A stretch of 64,000 nt of DNA from Podarcis cretensis. Its lineage: Eukaryota. Positions 11,977-22,885 of this stretch are shown piece after piece; the stretch's first letter is position 1; each line of letters opens with the position of its first letter. The translations under genes and the position numbers were made by a program. The notes under the pieces were generated by a model. The model was not told the DNA's origin. It did not search any database and saw only the letters and a program-made list of their open reading frames with translations. The stretch lies in assembly GCA_951804945.1 (NCBI GenBank), contig OX638151.1:47864001-47928000 (forward strand). Reading direction: 5' to 3'.

Positions 11977-12003
11977 ACAACAACAACAACAAATTAACAA
12001 AAG

Positions 12004-12110
12004 CTACCAGCATGAGTTTGACCAAACTGCGGGAGGCAGTGGAAGACAGGAGTGCCTGGCGTGCTCTGGTCCATGGGGTCACAAAGAGTTGGACACGACT
12101 AAACAACAAC
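12004..12110 (+). mobile_element. 5'-truncated BovB (3' end only)
   Basis: 8 substitutions in 100 nt relative to the adjacent full-length 3' end; (CAA)n tail; TSD AATTAACAAAAG at 11992-12003 and 12111-12122. Confidence 0.92.
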
Positions 12111-13691
12111 AATTAACAAAAGTATCAGCTGGGCGCCTAGATTCAAAATGTGATGCTTTGCATGTCTGCTTACAGTTCTTGGCTACTCTGCCTATCCCTC
12201 TTGCAATGAACAAATCATACACTGTTAAGTTTAAAAGCTTTACTTAACTATAGCCAAAGGTCTGGTTCATACATTATTCTGTGCAGCAGAAAGTAGAACA
12301 CTGGTAGATTACTCTTGGATGCAAAATACCGCATATACTGTAGTCTGAACTACATACTCTCAAGTTCAGACACATCCATCTATGGCAAGAAGAGATTGAT
12401 GAAAGGAACAGAAGCAGCTTCACTCCCTAATGGAGAAGAGGGGGCGTGGCCTAGCTCAGTCTGGGAACAGAACTCTCTGGTCTTAATCCCTTCATGCACT
12501 AATTAGCACTCCTGCATAGCTGTTTGACCACTTGCTTACCTTAAATAACTTTCTTAAGTTACTTCTTACCTTCACCTTTAAGCACCTCACTATGCTCACA
12601 GCCACACAGAGAGTTTTTGCTTATTTATTCAAATAATTTAAGGACCCCTGGACATTTAAGTGATTACCTATGACATCGCCTTACCCACACATGACCACTT
12701 GACTGTTTCAGTTGGTGGAATTGGCACTGCTACAGGTGCCAGATAATACGTGTCTCTTTTTGGTGCCTGCTAAAAACATGTTTTTAGACAAGTCTACTCA
12801 GACGCTTAGAAAGTTGAGGTTATTTTAATGTTCTGTATGTTGTAAAGTAGGGTTGTGATTTTTTTCTCAATTTTATTGTATTGTCCTTTTGTAAACCACT
12901 CCAAGGGTTTTTTGTTTTTGTTTTACAATCAAGCAATGTATAAATTTTATGAAATAACTAACCAGATGTAACAGCGTCCTTTAAAAATCCAGCCTGAGCA
13001 AGGAAGTTGTGGGAAGACCAAGATGGGCTGGGCCAGCTGGTTGGGGTTTGGAGTGCTTCCACTTTCGCAGGACAAGAGCTGACACAGGCTTCTGTTGACT
13101 TTTAACTATCGGATTTGTACTGTTCTGAAAGTCAAACAGGGACTGTGCCAGCGCACAGCTAAAGAAACTTTATTTGCATCATGGACTGCAGGGGACGTGC
13201 GAACAAGAGAAAACCTCCAACCCAGAGATCAGGAGACTCTGCTTATCCCTGAGATTTTTCCTCCCGTTTATGTCCAGAGGACGCAAGTGTGGTACTGCTT
13301 TGAATTAAACTACGGAGGCAAAAGCAGACGAAATAAAAGTAACATGGGCGGGGCTTATTAGTGCTGGAGGTTGCCGGTCAGAAGCATGCTGTAAAGTTAT
13401 GAAGAAAACCATCTTATTAATTGGATAGAGAATTTCCGGGTTTACCCTGGAAACCGTATGTTTGTCTATCCATTGGGATTTTGTGACTGGATAACACTGC
13501 CTCTACACAGAAACAGCGGCAAGTAGTGACAAAGATGGCAGCTCCTTCTAATTCGTATACTGTATTAAATTGTCCTGCTAGTGTCAGAACCAATGCAGTT
13601 CTTCATTGCACCCATCTTGCACTTTAGGACTGACGAAACCGTGGCTGGGGAAAATTGGCTTACAATAGCCCTGCAAGGCAGTCCAATCTTA

Positions 13692-14058
13692 GGTAAAGGT
13701 AAAGGTACCCCTGCCCGTACGGGCCAGTCTTGCCAGACTCTGTGGTTGGTGCGCCCATCTCACTCAAGAGGCCGGGGGCCAGCGCTGTCCGGAGACACTT
13801 CCGGGTCACGTGGCCAGCGTGACATTGCTGCTCTGGCCAGAGCCAGAGCCAGAGCCGCACACGGAAACGCCGTTTACCTTCCCGCTAGTAAGCGGTCCCT
13901 ATTTATCTACTTGCACCTAGGGGTGCTTTCGAACTGCTAGGTTGGCAGGCGCTGGGACCGAACGACGGGAGCGCACCCCACCGCAGGGATTCGAACTGCC
14001 GACCTTTCGATCGGCAAGCCCTAGGTGCTGAGGCTTTTACCCACAGCGCCACCTGCGT
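13692..14058 (-). mobile_element. Sauria-type (tRNA-derived) SINE, copy A
   Basis: Pol III A/B boxes on minus strand, (ACCTTT)n tail, TSD TCCAATCTTA. Confidence 0.9.
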
Positions 14059-14068
14059 TCCAATCTTA

Positions 14069-14425
14069 AAGGTAAAGGTACCCCTGCTCGTACGGGCCAG
14101 TCTTGACAGACTCTGGGGTTGTGCGCCCATCTCACTTAAGAGGCCAGGGGCCAGCGCTGTCCGGAGACACTTCCGGGTCACGTGGCCAGCGTGACATCGC
14201 TGCTCTGGCGAGCCAGAGCCGCACACGGAAACGCCGTTTACCTTCCCGCTGGTAAGCGGTCCCTATTTATCTACTTGCACCCGGAGGTGCTTTCGAACTG
14301 CTAGGTTGGCAGGCGCTGGGACCGAGCAGCGGGAGCGCACCCCGCCGCAGGGATTCAAACCGCCGACCTTTCGATCGGCAAGTCCTAGGCGCTGAGGCTT
14401 TAACCCACAGCGCCACCTGCGTCCC
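14069..14425 (-). mobile_element. Sauria-type SINE, copy B (tandem with A)
   Basis: Same family; TSD GTTCCAATCTTA at 14057-14068 and 14429-14440. Confidence 0.9.
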
Positions 14426-14750
14426 TTAGTTCCAATCTTAGTATTATAATAATAATTTATTATTTATACCCCACCTCTCCCAACAGATCATTAAAAACAC
14501 GATTAAAGATCAAACATTAAAAATAGTACAGGTTAGAGCCTGGTTCGGATTTCCCGTCAAAGCTCCCTCCTCCAAACACGCCTCAAGTTGCAGCAAAGGC
14601 CAACCTCCTGAAATTACACCTTCCCGGCCCAAATCCAACACCCAAAGTTACATGCTCGTGCCCCATTGGTTCCCGTACAGACTCGCCGTTCTTTTCACAG
14701 TTCAATCCAATGCAAGTTTCCTCGAAAGCTAGTCCCAGGCTGTTCCAATT

Positions 14751-14870
14751 GTGGGGAAACCTTTGGCCCTCCAGATCCTGTTGAACTGTAACTCCCATCA
14801 GCCCCCAGTGCACATGGCCAATGACCAGGAGTGATGGGACTTGTAGTTCAGCGACATCGGCAGAACCCAT
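14751..14870. mobile_element. Short palindromic hAT-type MITE (degraded)
   Basis: Similar to the 22610-22717 copy; inverted ACTACAANTCCCA-like motifs. Confidence 0.65.
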
Positions 14871-15111
14871 TGTACCTTGCTTGGGAGCACAGCTGTCAAC
14901 TTTTCCCTTTTCTTGCGAGGTATCCTATTCGGAATAAGGGAATTCCCCTTAAAAAAGGGAAAAGTTGACAGCTATGCTTGGGAGTCACAAGCGGGGGAGA
15001 GCGCTGTTGTGCTCCTGCTCTGCTTGCGGGCTTCCCCGAGTGAGACGAACAGGGCGCCGGGCCTGTTTTGCTTTAATTCGGCAACATAGTACTGTTTCCT
15101 TATGTTCTTAC

Positions 15112-15112
<1 letters not shown>

Positions 15113-15158
<46 letters not shown>
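15113..15158. repeat. (CA)n microsatellite
   Basis: Direct reading of the sequence. Confidence 0.95.
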
Positions 15159-15160
<2 letters not shown>

Positions 15161-15199
15161 AAATGATGTCCTCCTGAGGTTTTGAACTGCATCTCCTAT

Positions 15200-15620
15200 C
15201 CCCGCCCCCCCCCCCACAAACTGGCAGGGGCTGGCGGAAGTCTAGAACAGCTGGAGGGCACCACGTTATGGGGAGGCTGAAGTAAAATGGCGTAAAAGAA
15301 CCGGAAGTTTACGTCCGAGTGTTCCTCTGAGCTTCACGCGGCGCTGCGGGGGCGGAAGCGGCTCGAGCGGCGGCGATAGTGGGAGCGTGTCGAAGGCGAA
15401 GATGAAGATGAAGCAGTCCAAGGCGGCCAAGCTCCGCCCCGTTACCGGGTGAGGAACGCGGCCCGCGCTATGCCCTCTCTCCCCTCCGCCCCGCGGCTCC
15501 CATCCCCCCCCCTCACCTCGGGTGCTAGAGGAGTCCTGGGCGCCCGCCGTCGCGGTCCCTTCTGATCCCCTCCTGCCGCTGCGTTTGCCTGCCGACCCTG
15601 CGAGACTTCTGCGCAAGCTT
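15200..15620 (+). promoter_or_regulatory. RBM34: RBM34 CpG-island promoter
   Basis: CpG-rich; YY1 AAAATGGCG 15284-15292; ETS/GABP CCGGAAGT 15301-15308 and GCGGAAGT ~15234; GC boxes. Confidence 0.8.
15402..15448 (+). CDS. RBM34: RBM34 exon 1 (RNA-binding motif protein 34; 11 exons, 1278 nt, 425 aa)
   Basis: ATG in CpG island; MKMKQSKAAKLRPVT; GG|gtgag, phase 2 matches exon 2. Confidence 0.78.
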
Positions 15621-16063
15621 CTAATTGTGTGTGGCAGGGGATTTAAATTGTGGAATTGTGTTACAGCAAGCCTGCAGCTTATGAGGGGGTTACATTCCTG
15701 GGGATTGTGCCTAAAGCTAAAATCGTGTATAATCATAAACCCATTGGGTTCAGTGAAAGGTGCGATTGCCAAAATAATTTTCCCTGGCTCCCCACCACGT
15801 TTTTTATTTTTTAGAAATCTTTTTGACGTGTGTAAAACTGAATGCGCACAAGTTAAATGTGCATAAGTTGTGCACTTACTGTACTTCATTTCTGTCTTGT
15901 TTTGATTTTTCTGATTTCTATAAATTACCTAAATATAGTTAAATGAAGGAATTTGCCATACTTACTCAGGTTACTGTGTAGTTTAGGAGGCTTTTAGCAC
16001 TTTAAGCTAGAGGAAGTAAAATGCTAAGGCTACACATTAATCTGAGTATGTATGGCAGATATA

Positions 16064-16544
16064 TTGCAAGTGGTTTGACTTGCTATTTTTTAAATAACAA
16101 AACTGTAAAAACTGTAAAAAGTTATTTTGTTATGTGATATGACAAAGTTCAAGGGGTACCAGACTTGGTACATGAGGGAAGATTTATGCGCTTCTGTAGC
16201 CTTTCACTCTTGGCAAATATTTTTCTAACATTTATTTATTTCATTTATTAGATTTACATACCACCCTTCATCATAAGATCTCAGGGCAGTTCAGAGAATA
16301 AAATAAATAAAAAAGCAAGTAACTAAGTAAAACAAAGCAGCAAAACAATACCCCCCTTCTCACAGACATCTGCAGGACCTGCCTGCACCTGCAGCTGCAG
16401 TGGTGCGTGGATCTTTCCTAATATACCATCTTTCCTAATATACCAAGACTGGTACCCCTTAAATTTAATATTTGTCACATCACACAGCAAAATAACTTAA
16501 TAAAGTTTTGTTTTAAAAATAATTTTGAGACAAACCACTTGCAG
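16064..16544. mobile_element. Fold-back MITE with ~115-bp imperfect inverted arms, TA-flanked
   Basis: TGCAAGTGGTTTG...AAGGGGTACCAG (16065-16183) is the reverse complement of 16428-16543; a retroposon-tail-like insert lies between the arms. Confidence 0.7.
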
Positions 16545-17062
16545 TATTTTTGGAAAGACAGTATAATTGCTCCTTCTCTCAAATGCATACCTGAAATTGA
16601 TTTCTGGCAATGTATAAGTAATCATACAAGAATCAGAGCTGTCTCCTGTTTGTTTTTCTCCTCCTACATAGTGCTTATCTCCTGGCAGTCAATGATTTTT
16701 GCATTATATTTTCCTTTAATTGGAAAACTGCTGCGGAAATTATCTTGTAAGATTGAAAGGCAAGGTAGAAACATCTAAGCAAAAGTAGGAAAAACTGCAG
16801 GCTGTTGCTTGTGAAGTGCCATGTGTTTATTTTTCCAGAAGTCCATGGCCCATTGGCTCAGGAAGCAGACGTATGTGCAGAGACTTCTCCATCTGTATAC
16901 TTACAGCAAATGAACCACTCATATTGTACTAATTCTTCAAAAGTAATGACATGCACAATCTGCTTGGGTTTTTTGCATGATTATTGGTTTGTTTTACCTG
17001 TAGTTTATGCTTTATAGGACAGTACTAAATGGGATCTGATAACCAACTTATCTCTTTAATAG

Positions 17063-17234
17063 CAAAGCATGTGAGAAAGATGCTGCCACTGTATCAAAGG
17101 AAGATTATGTTGTGGGTCAAGTGGCCAACAGTCTGTTTCAAAATAAACCCACCGCACGTGTCACAGGTTCCCTGGTCCAGCTCTTCAGTGCTCCTGAGGC
17201 TGAAATACAGCCAGTGTATGTTGCTGTGCCAAGA
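17063..17234 (+). CDS. RBM34: RBM34 exon 2
   Basis: EDYVVGQVANSLF...LFSAPEAEIQPVYVAVPR matches the RBM34 N-terminus; ag/gt boundaries. Confidence 0.9.
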
Positions 17235-18362
17235 GTAAGCACATTTCTTTACCTATGTAATTCTCAAAATGTGAGTTCAGTTCCCAGTACTGAAGTATGC
17301 CAGCATTTGGAATGCTTGACGTCCCTTAAATAAGACTGCAAACTGTAGATGTTAACTGTTAACAGTTCCATATTTCAACTCCTTAACCAGGCTGTGAGAT
17401 TGTTGTTTGCATTCATGTTACAGACACTGAAGATGACAGATCATTTTGTTAACATAAGGATGGTCATAGCACCCTTATTTTTCACACTATGTTCTTGTTT
17501 GAAACTGTTGATACATCCTTTTTGGTGTTGCGGGTGGAGGAACAAGCAGCTGATATATTTTAGATTCTCAAAAACAGCAGCTGTGCCATCAGGATAGGTC
17601 TTGGGTGCCATAAAATAGTTTAATGATTGTTCCTTCATTGAAAGCTTATGAAACTTAAAGGTGCTCTTAAAATATATTTGTCAGCTGTCATTGGTAATGC
17701 TTCATCTTCTTTCTGACAGAGAAGAATCAACAGAGTGCTTTGCCACCAACAAGTATTATAGACAGAGCCTCTAAGTTACATTGGGCTTCTGAAAGCAGAA
17801 TTTTACCCAGATGTTCATCCCCCCCCCCTGGTGAAAATCCCCCACCCACCCAATACAGTCTTGTTGGTTGTGTGATTACCGGTCAAAACAACGTAGGATT
17901 TTCTTTTAAAAATAAATAAATGTGTTTTTCAGTTTTGGTAGAGGCCTGATTAATACTTCACCAGTGTTGCATGAGAACTGTTTTCACTAAGGCTGGTCCA
18001 ATGCTGCACAGTTTTTGTTTGTAGAAACTGCATTATAAACCCAACTCACCTGCTTCTTGTGGGGCTTCTGTAGTATGGGACTAGCCCATGTAGTATTGAC
18101 TCTGATTATACAGGTGCAACTTATGAAATGGCCCTTGTGTGAAGTAAAAAACCTTTAAAAGAGAGTCAATAAGCCCTTTAAACCTGATTCAGTTTAATTC
18201 TAATCATCAGTACCTTTTAAAAATTGCTGTTTAAAAATACCTTTCAACATAACAAAACAAGGTATTATGCTTGAGTGCCCTGAGCAATTATCTCCCATTC
18301 TAAAATTGCAAACTATTACAAAAACCATCTCAAAAGTGTGAGATCCTCAAGATTATTTTATA

Positions 18363-18588
18363 CAGTGGTACCTTGGTACTTGAACAGCTTGGCTCCTGAA
18401 CGCCACAAACCTGGAAGTGAGTGTTCCGGTTTGCGAACGTTTTTTGGAAGCCGAACATCTGTCGCGGCTTCCGATTGAGTGCAGGAAGCTCCTGAAGCCA
18501 ATCGAAAGCTGCACCTTGGTTTTCGAATGGTTTTGGGAGTTGAGCCGACTCCCGGAACAGATTAAGTTCCAGAACCAAGGTACCACTG
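18363..18588. mobile_element. pogo/Tigger-like (Tc1/mariner superfamily) MITE
   Basis: TIR CAGTGGTACCTTGG...CCAAGGTACCACTG; TA TSD. Confidence 0.88.
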
Positions 18589-18796
18589 TATCTGAAATCA
18601 CATGTGAGAAGTTGCTTAAGGTATTTTTTCACATAAAAATTACATGAATAAAGGAGTGGGATGGGGACATCTTAAAACTTAAGTTGTCCCCAAAGTACAA
18701 AGTATATTATCTTATTGCTGTCCGGTGACCTTGTATTTCCCCAACCCCTTGTATGACCACGTTCTAACTAATTCTTTAAAATCCCTTTTCTAAAAG

Positions 18797-18936
18797 GAAT
18801 GTAAGAAACGGAAGCTTACGGAAGAAGAAACTGCCACAGAAGTTAAGAGTTCGTCTAGTAAAGGAGAGCCTTTAAAAAAAACCCTAAAAGCTAAAAAGAA
18901 GGATATCTCTCTTGCAGAGGAAAGAGTAGCAAGCAG
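18797..18936 (+). CDS. RBM34: RBM34 exon 3
   Basis: ECKKRKLTEEE...SLAEERVAS; phases 0 and 2 consistent with neighbouring exons. Confidence 0.85.
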
Positions 18937-19127
18937 GTAAGTGAAACACTTAAAAACTGATTAAGTTCAGAATAATCTCTTAAAGGCAACCACGTGTCCT
19001 CACTCCCCCGTGGTCTGACTTGATGACCATTAGTAAGTCTTTCCAAATTCAATAGAACTTACTCCCAGATAGGTAGGGTTAGTATTACAGTCTAAACTGT
19101 TTGTTTTAGTTTGCAGCACTTAATATA

Positions 19128-19989
19128 CCGTATTTTGCGCCCATAGGATGCACCGGCCCATAGGACGCACCTAGTTTTTTTGGGGGGAAATAAAGAAATT
19201 TTTTTTTTATTTCCCCCCCAGGTGCGGGGCTGGAAGAACCAGGTCGGGGAACAGCGGGAAGGCGCGCTCCGCCTCCCCGCTGTCCCCCGAGCTTGTGGGG
19301 CTGGCGATGGGGAGAAGTGTGCTGAGCCTGGGACTGCAGGCAGCTCTGGGCAGCCACCGGGAGCCGGGGCGGGATTTCGCGCCCCGCTCCTGATGGCTGC
19401 GCAGAGCTGCGCTGAGCCCGGGACTGCAGGCAGCTCTGCGCAGCCACCGGGAGCCGGGCGGGACTTCGCGCCCCCCTCCCGATGGCCACGCAGAGCTGCG
19501 CTGAGCCTGGGACTGCAGGCAGCTCTACGCAGCCACCGGGAGCCGGGCGGGACTTCGCGCCCCGCTCCCGATGGCCGCGCAGAGCTGCGCTGAGCCCGGG
19601 ACTGCAGGCAGCTCTGCGCAGCCATCGGGAGCCGAGCGGGACTTCGCGCCCCGCTCCCGATGGCCGCGCAGAGCTGTGCTGAGCCCGGGACTGCAGGCAG
19701 CTCTGCGCAGCCACCGGGAGCCAGGCGGGACTTCGCGCCCCCCTCCCGATGGCCGTGCAGAGCTGCGCTGAGCCCGGGACTGCAGGCAGCTCTGCGCAAC
19801 CCTCGGAGCCGGTCTCCTGAGGGTTGCGCAGAGCTTCCTGAAGCCTGGAGAGCGAGAGGGGTCGGTGCGCACCGACCCCTCTCGCTCTCCAGGCTTCAGC
19901 GAAAGCCTGCATTCGCCCCATAGGACGCACACACATTTCCCCTTCATTTTTGGAGGGGAAATGTGCATCCTATAGGGCGAAAAATACGG
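19128..19989. mobile_element. Non-autonomous Tc1/mariner-pogo (Tc2-like CCGTA TIR) element
   Basis: TIR CCGTATTTT.CGC...GCGAAAAATACGG; TA TSD; subterminal CCCATAGGACGCAC repeats. Confidence 0.85.
19317..19800. repeat. 89-bp GC-rich minisatellite (~5.5 units) inside the MITE
   Basis: GCTGAGCC recurs at 19321, 19411, 19500, 19589, 19678 and 19767. Confidence 0.92.
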
Positions 19990-20214
19990 TAAACCAAATT
20001 TTATCATACTTGTCATTTCTGTTGATTGGTTATCTTCTCTGGGTACTAGGAATGAGACAGAATTTAGAAATATAGATTGATGTAAGGCACATAATACATT
20101 TTGGGTTTTCTCATTGAGCAGTGTACATTTTATAGAATGGCACTGTTGTAGAAGTAAAGGTACTCTGTCTTTGATTAAAACAATTTGAAGGCCAGCAATG
20201 ATTAATAGAAAAAA

Positions 20215-20425
20215 CTATGCATGTTCCTTCAGAATTAAACCCAACTGAGTTCAGTTGGACTTACTCTCAGGTAAATATGCACAGAATTTTAGCATAAGCA
20301 TGTGAAATATGCACTGGCTCTTAAGAGTATAAATTGTATGCATATCTACTCAGAAGCAAATCCCATTTAGTGCCATTCATTTCAGTGTGATTTACTCCCT
20401 TATAAGCGTGTAAGACTGTAGCTTT
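20215..20425. repeat. Two copies of a short palindromic interspersed repeat (related copies ~3225-3310, 19030-19092, 24310-24395, 61550-61610)
   Basis: Shared ..CTCAGAAGYAAGYCCCACTGA.TTCA.TGGGACTTACT.. imperfect hairpin. Confidence 0.55.
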
Positions 20426-20655
20426 CATTTAGGTCTTGCTTGGCCCCACTAAGGTTTGTTGACTGCTTGTTGCTTGAGTGACAGTAATTGCATGTTTTCA
20501 ATATAGTTGTTGTCAGTCTCTCTAGCAATGTTGTCTGTTCCCCACCCGCCGCTTCCCCAGACAGTGGTTAAGTAGAGTTAAAATATAGATTTTTTTGTGA
20601 CTATTAAAAAAACACCTGCTAACAAAGTTGTTGTACCTTTTCATGGTTTATCAAG

Positions 20656-20875
20656 GGAATGTGCTTTGGATGAAGCAGATGAAGAGGAGGAGAAAAAAGA
20701 AATAAAAATTAAACAAAAACTGAAAAATAGACGTTCTAAATTGGTTTCCCAAAAGCTTTCAGATGAAGATGCTGGACTAAAACAAAAGAAAACACAAGTT
20801 AACTCGGCTGAGGAAATGCTAAAGAATAAAAGAACAATTTTTGTGGGCAATTTACCTGTTAGTTGTAAGGCACAG
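20656..20875 (+). CDS. RBM34: RBM34 exon 4 (start of RRM1)
   Basis: ECALDEADEEE...KNKRTIFVGNLPVSCKAQ (RNP2). Confidence 0.93.
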
Positions 20876-21247
20876 GTAAGTTTGTGGGCAGAGGAGTTAT
20901 GGTCCCCAGTATAGCAAGTGTTCAGGAGTTTGTTGTCACATATGGTATCTCCATGCCCCCATTTTTTATCCTTATAGAAGTTTTAGCACCATATATTTTT
21001 CTGTGCTTCTTTGACCTAACTGAAGATTATATAATTCAGTTACAGATAAACCAGATTTCCCAGTTCTGTGTTTTACTACCCCCCCCATTAATTTTTTTAG
21101 AAGATGTTGTACTTCTTGTCCTTAATACCATGAGCCAGATAAAAGTTGTGTAGGGACCGTCACGCTGTATGAATGAAATATTTGCTGCTTATTATTTTTG
21201 CTCACATTTGCTCTGACAAATTACACCGTATGCTTGTTTCAATCTAG

Positions 21248-21307
21248 ATGCTGAAGGCGTTTTTCAAAGAATATGGGCAAATTGAATCAGTTCGTTTCCG
21301 CTCTTTG
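21248..21307 (+). CDS. RBM34: RBM34 exon 5
   Basis: MLKAFFKEYGQIESVRFRSL. Confidence 0.93.
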
Positions 21308-21941
21308 GTATGTTTTGGTCGTTGATTTTTATAATATTAGCTGCATGTATCGTCATGGGGAGAGAGTCTCTGGGTAAGAGCAAAATTGTGCTGTATGTGG
21401 GGAAAGTAGTGGCTCCTTCCACTTTACACATGAGCTATTGCCACTTGGTTCTCATACAGCTTCCGTAGCAAAAGGGTTAGTTTTGTGGCTGGCAATTTGT
21501 CACAGTAGAAAAGATGCTGTTTTTTCCTTGTTACCTACCTACTGCTTGTTCCATTATTAAAGGGCCACAACAGGCAGCTGCGATGGTGCTGCCTTTTGGA
21601 ACTGGAAGAAGTAAAGCTGGAGAAGCAAAGGAGGTGAGGGGGGATATGGCAGGATAGGAGCAGTAAAGCACCTTACCCAGTGTAAACCAGTTATGGCTTG
21701 GCTTAGCCAAGGAATAATTTCTAGTTAGCACACATCCTCCCAAGTTCTGTATCTACACTCTTTCAAATAGCGTTGGGCTTTGTAGCTAGCAGGAAGTGCA
21801 TCAACATGACCTCAGAAACCCATGTCCTTCCTCCAGCAAGAGATTAGGGAAGGATCTAGTTGGTGTTGACTTCATAATGTGATATGATAACGGAACAACA
21901 CCTACCAACTAATGCACTACTTTCCCCCCTTCCTTTTCCAG

Positions 21942-21985
21942 ATTCCAGCTGAGGCTACTGTATCCAAAAAAATGGCAGCCATAAA
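21942..21985 (+). CDS. RBM34: RBM34 exon 6
   Basis: IPAEATVSKKMAAIK. Confidence 0.9.
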
Positions 21986-22609
21986 GTAAGTTATAATTTT
22001 TTGATATATTTTTTTAAATAAAATGTGTTTAATTTTTAGAGTGGGGAAACTCTACACATTTTCACTTAATATTTTTTTTCTTTTTAGCAGTTAATTTTTG
22101 TTAATTGTTGTTATTTTCAAAATAAATACATTCAGTAGGTTTGCTAAAGACCAGGGTTTCTTTCTACTGTTCTGGAACAAATTGGGAACTGATGTTATTC
22201 TGCCATTCATTGTGTTGATTGGTATAAATGGTAGAGCAGTGAGTAGTCGCATAATAAAGCCACATCCAACTTCCTACTTGGAAAAGGTAGAAACTATTTT
22301 TCTACCCAATTCCTTACTATTGCTGATTGATTTCAACATCCATTGTGCCAAACTAGTGCATTTTTTAGCCAAATGAAGACTCCTTAAGATGCTTCCTAAT
22401 GGGGCAGGAAGGGGCCCTGTCTCATTCCAGCAAAATTGTCTTACCAGTTTGTACTGATGAAGAAATATCAGGAGAGACTGATCCTGTGTATTCCGGATGA
22501 AGAACGTATACAACTAGGCAGTTCCTTAAAATGTTTGCTAAGTGCCATTGAATTCAGTGGAATTTGTGTCTTAGCAAACATGCTGGGGATTGTGCAATAT
22601 ATTCTAAAG

Positions 22610-22717
22610 CAGGGGTAGAGAACCTTTGGCTCTCCAAATGTTGTTGGACTCAAATTCAAAGGAGGATGGGAGTTGTAGTTCAACAACAACTGGAGGGCCA
22701 CAGTTTCCCCACCCCTG
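22610..22717. mobile_element. hAT-type MITE (108 bp)
   Basis: TIR CAGGGGT...ACCCCTG; 8-bp TSD TTCTAAAG at 22602-22609 and 22718-22725; degraded relatives ~24040, 31050, 39275, 40100, 52700, 59840. Confidence 0.88.
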
Positions 22718-22801
22718 TTCTAAAGCCATCCATTCAGCTTGCAAACGTACATATGTAAATTGTAATTAAATGTATAGTAAACTTCATTTTTTCCCCTTTA
22801 G

Positions 22802-22885
22802 GCGAATGGTGCATCCTAATATGAAGTACATTAATGCTTATGTCGTTTTCAAGGAGGAATGTGCAGCCAATAACGCCTTAAAATG
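22802..22885 (+). CDS. RBM34: RBM34 exon 7
   Basis: RMVHPNMKYINAYVVFKEECAANNALK (RNP1-like NAYVVF). Confidence 0.92.

Larger units (their letters stand above)
8754..11991 (+). mobile_element. Full-length RTE-BovB LINE
   Basis: ~3.24 kb; single EN+RT ORF; 3' end GAGTCGGACACGACTAAAC + (CAA)n; TSD AATTAACAAA at 8744-8753 and 11992-12001. Confidence 0.96.

Noticed and set aside
15266-15889. 207-aa antisense ORF at the RBM34 promoter
   Set aside because: CpG-island composition effect; no recognisable domain.
19092-20016. Several long repetitive ORFs on both strands; CRISPR-like periodicity
   Set aside because: Products of a stop-poor GC-rich 89-bp tandem repeat; no unique spacers; eukaryotic intron.
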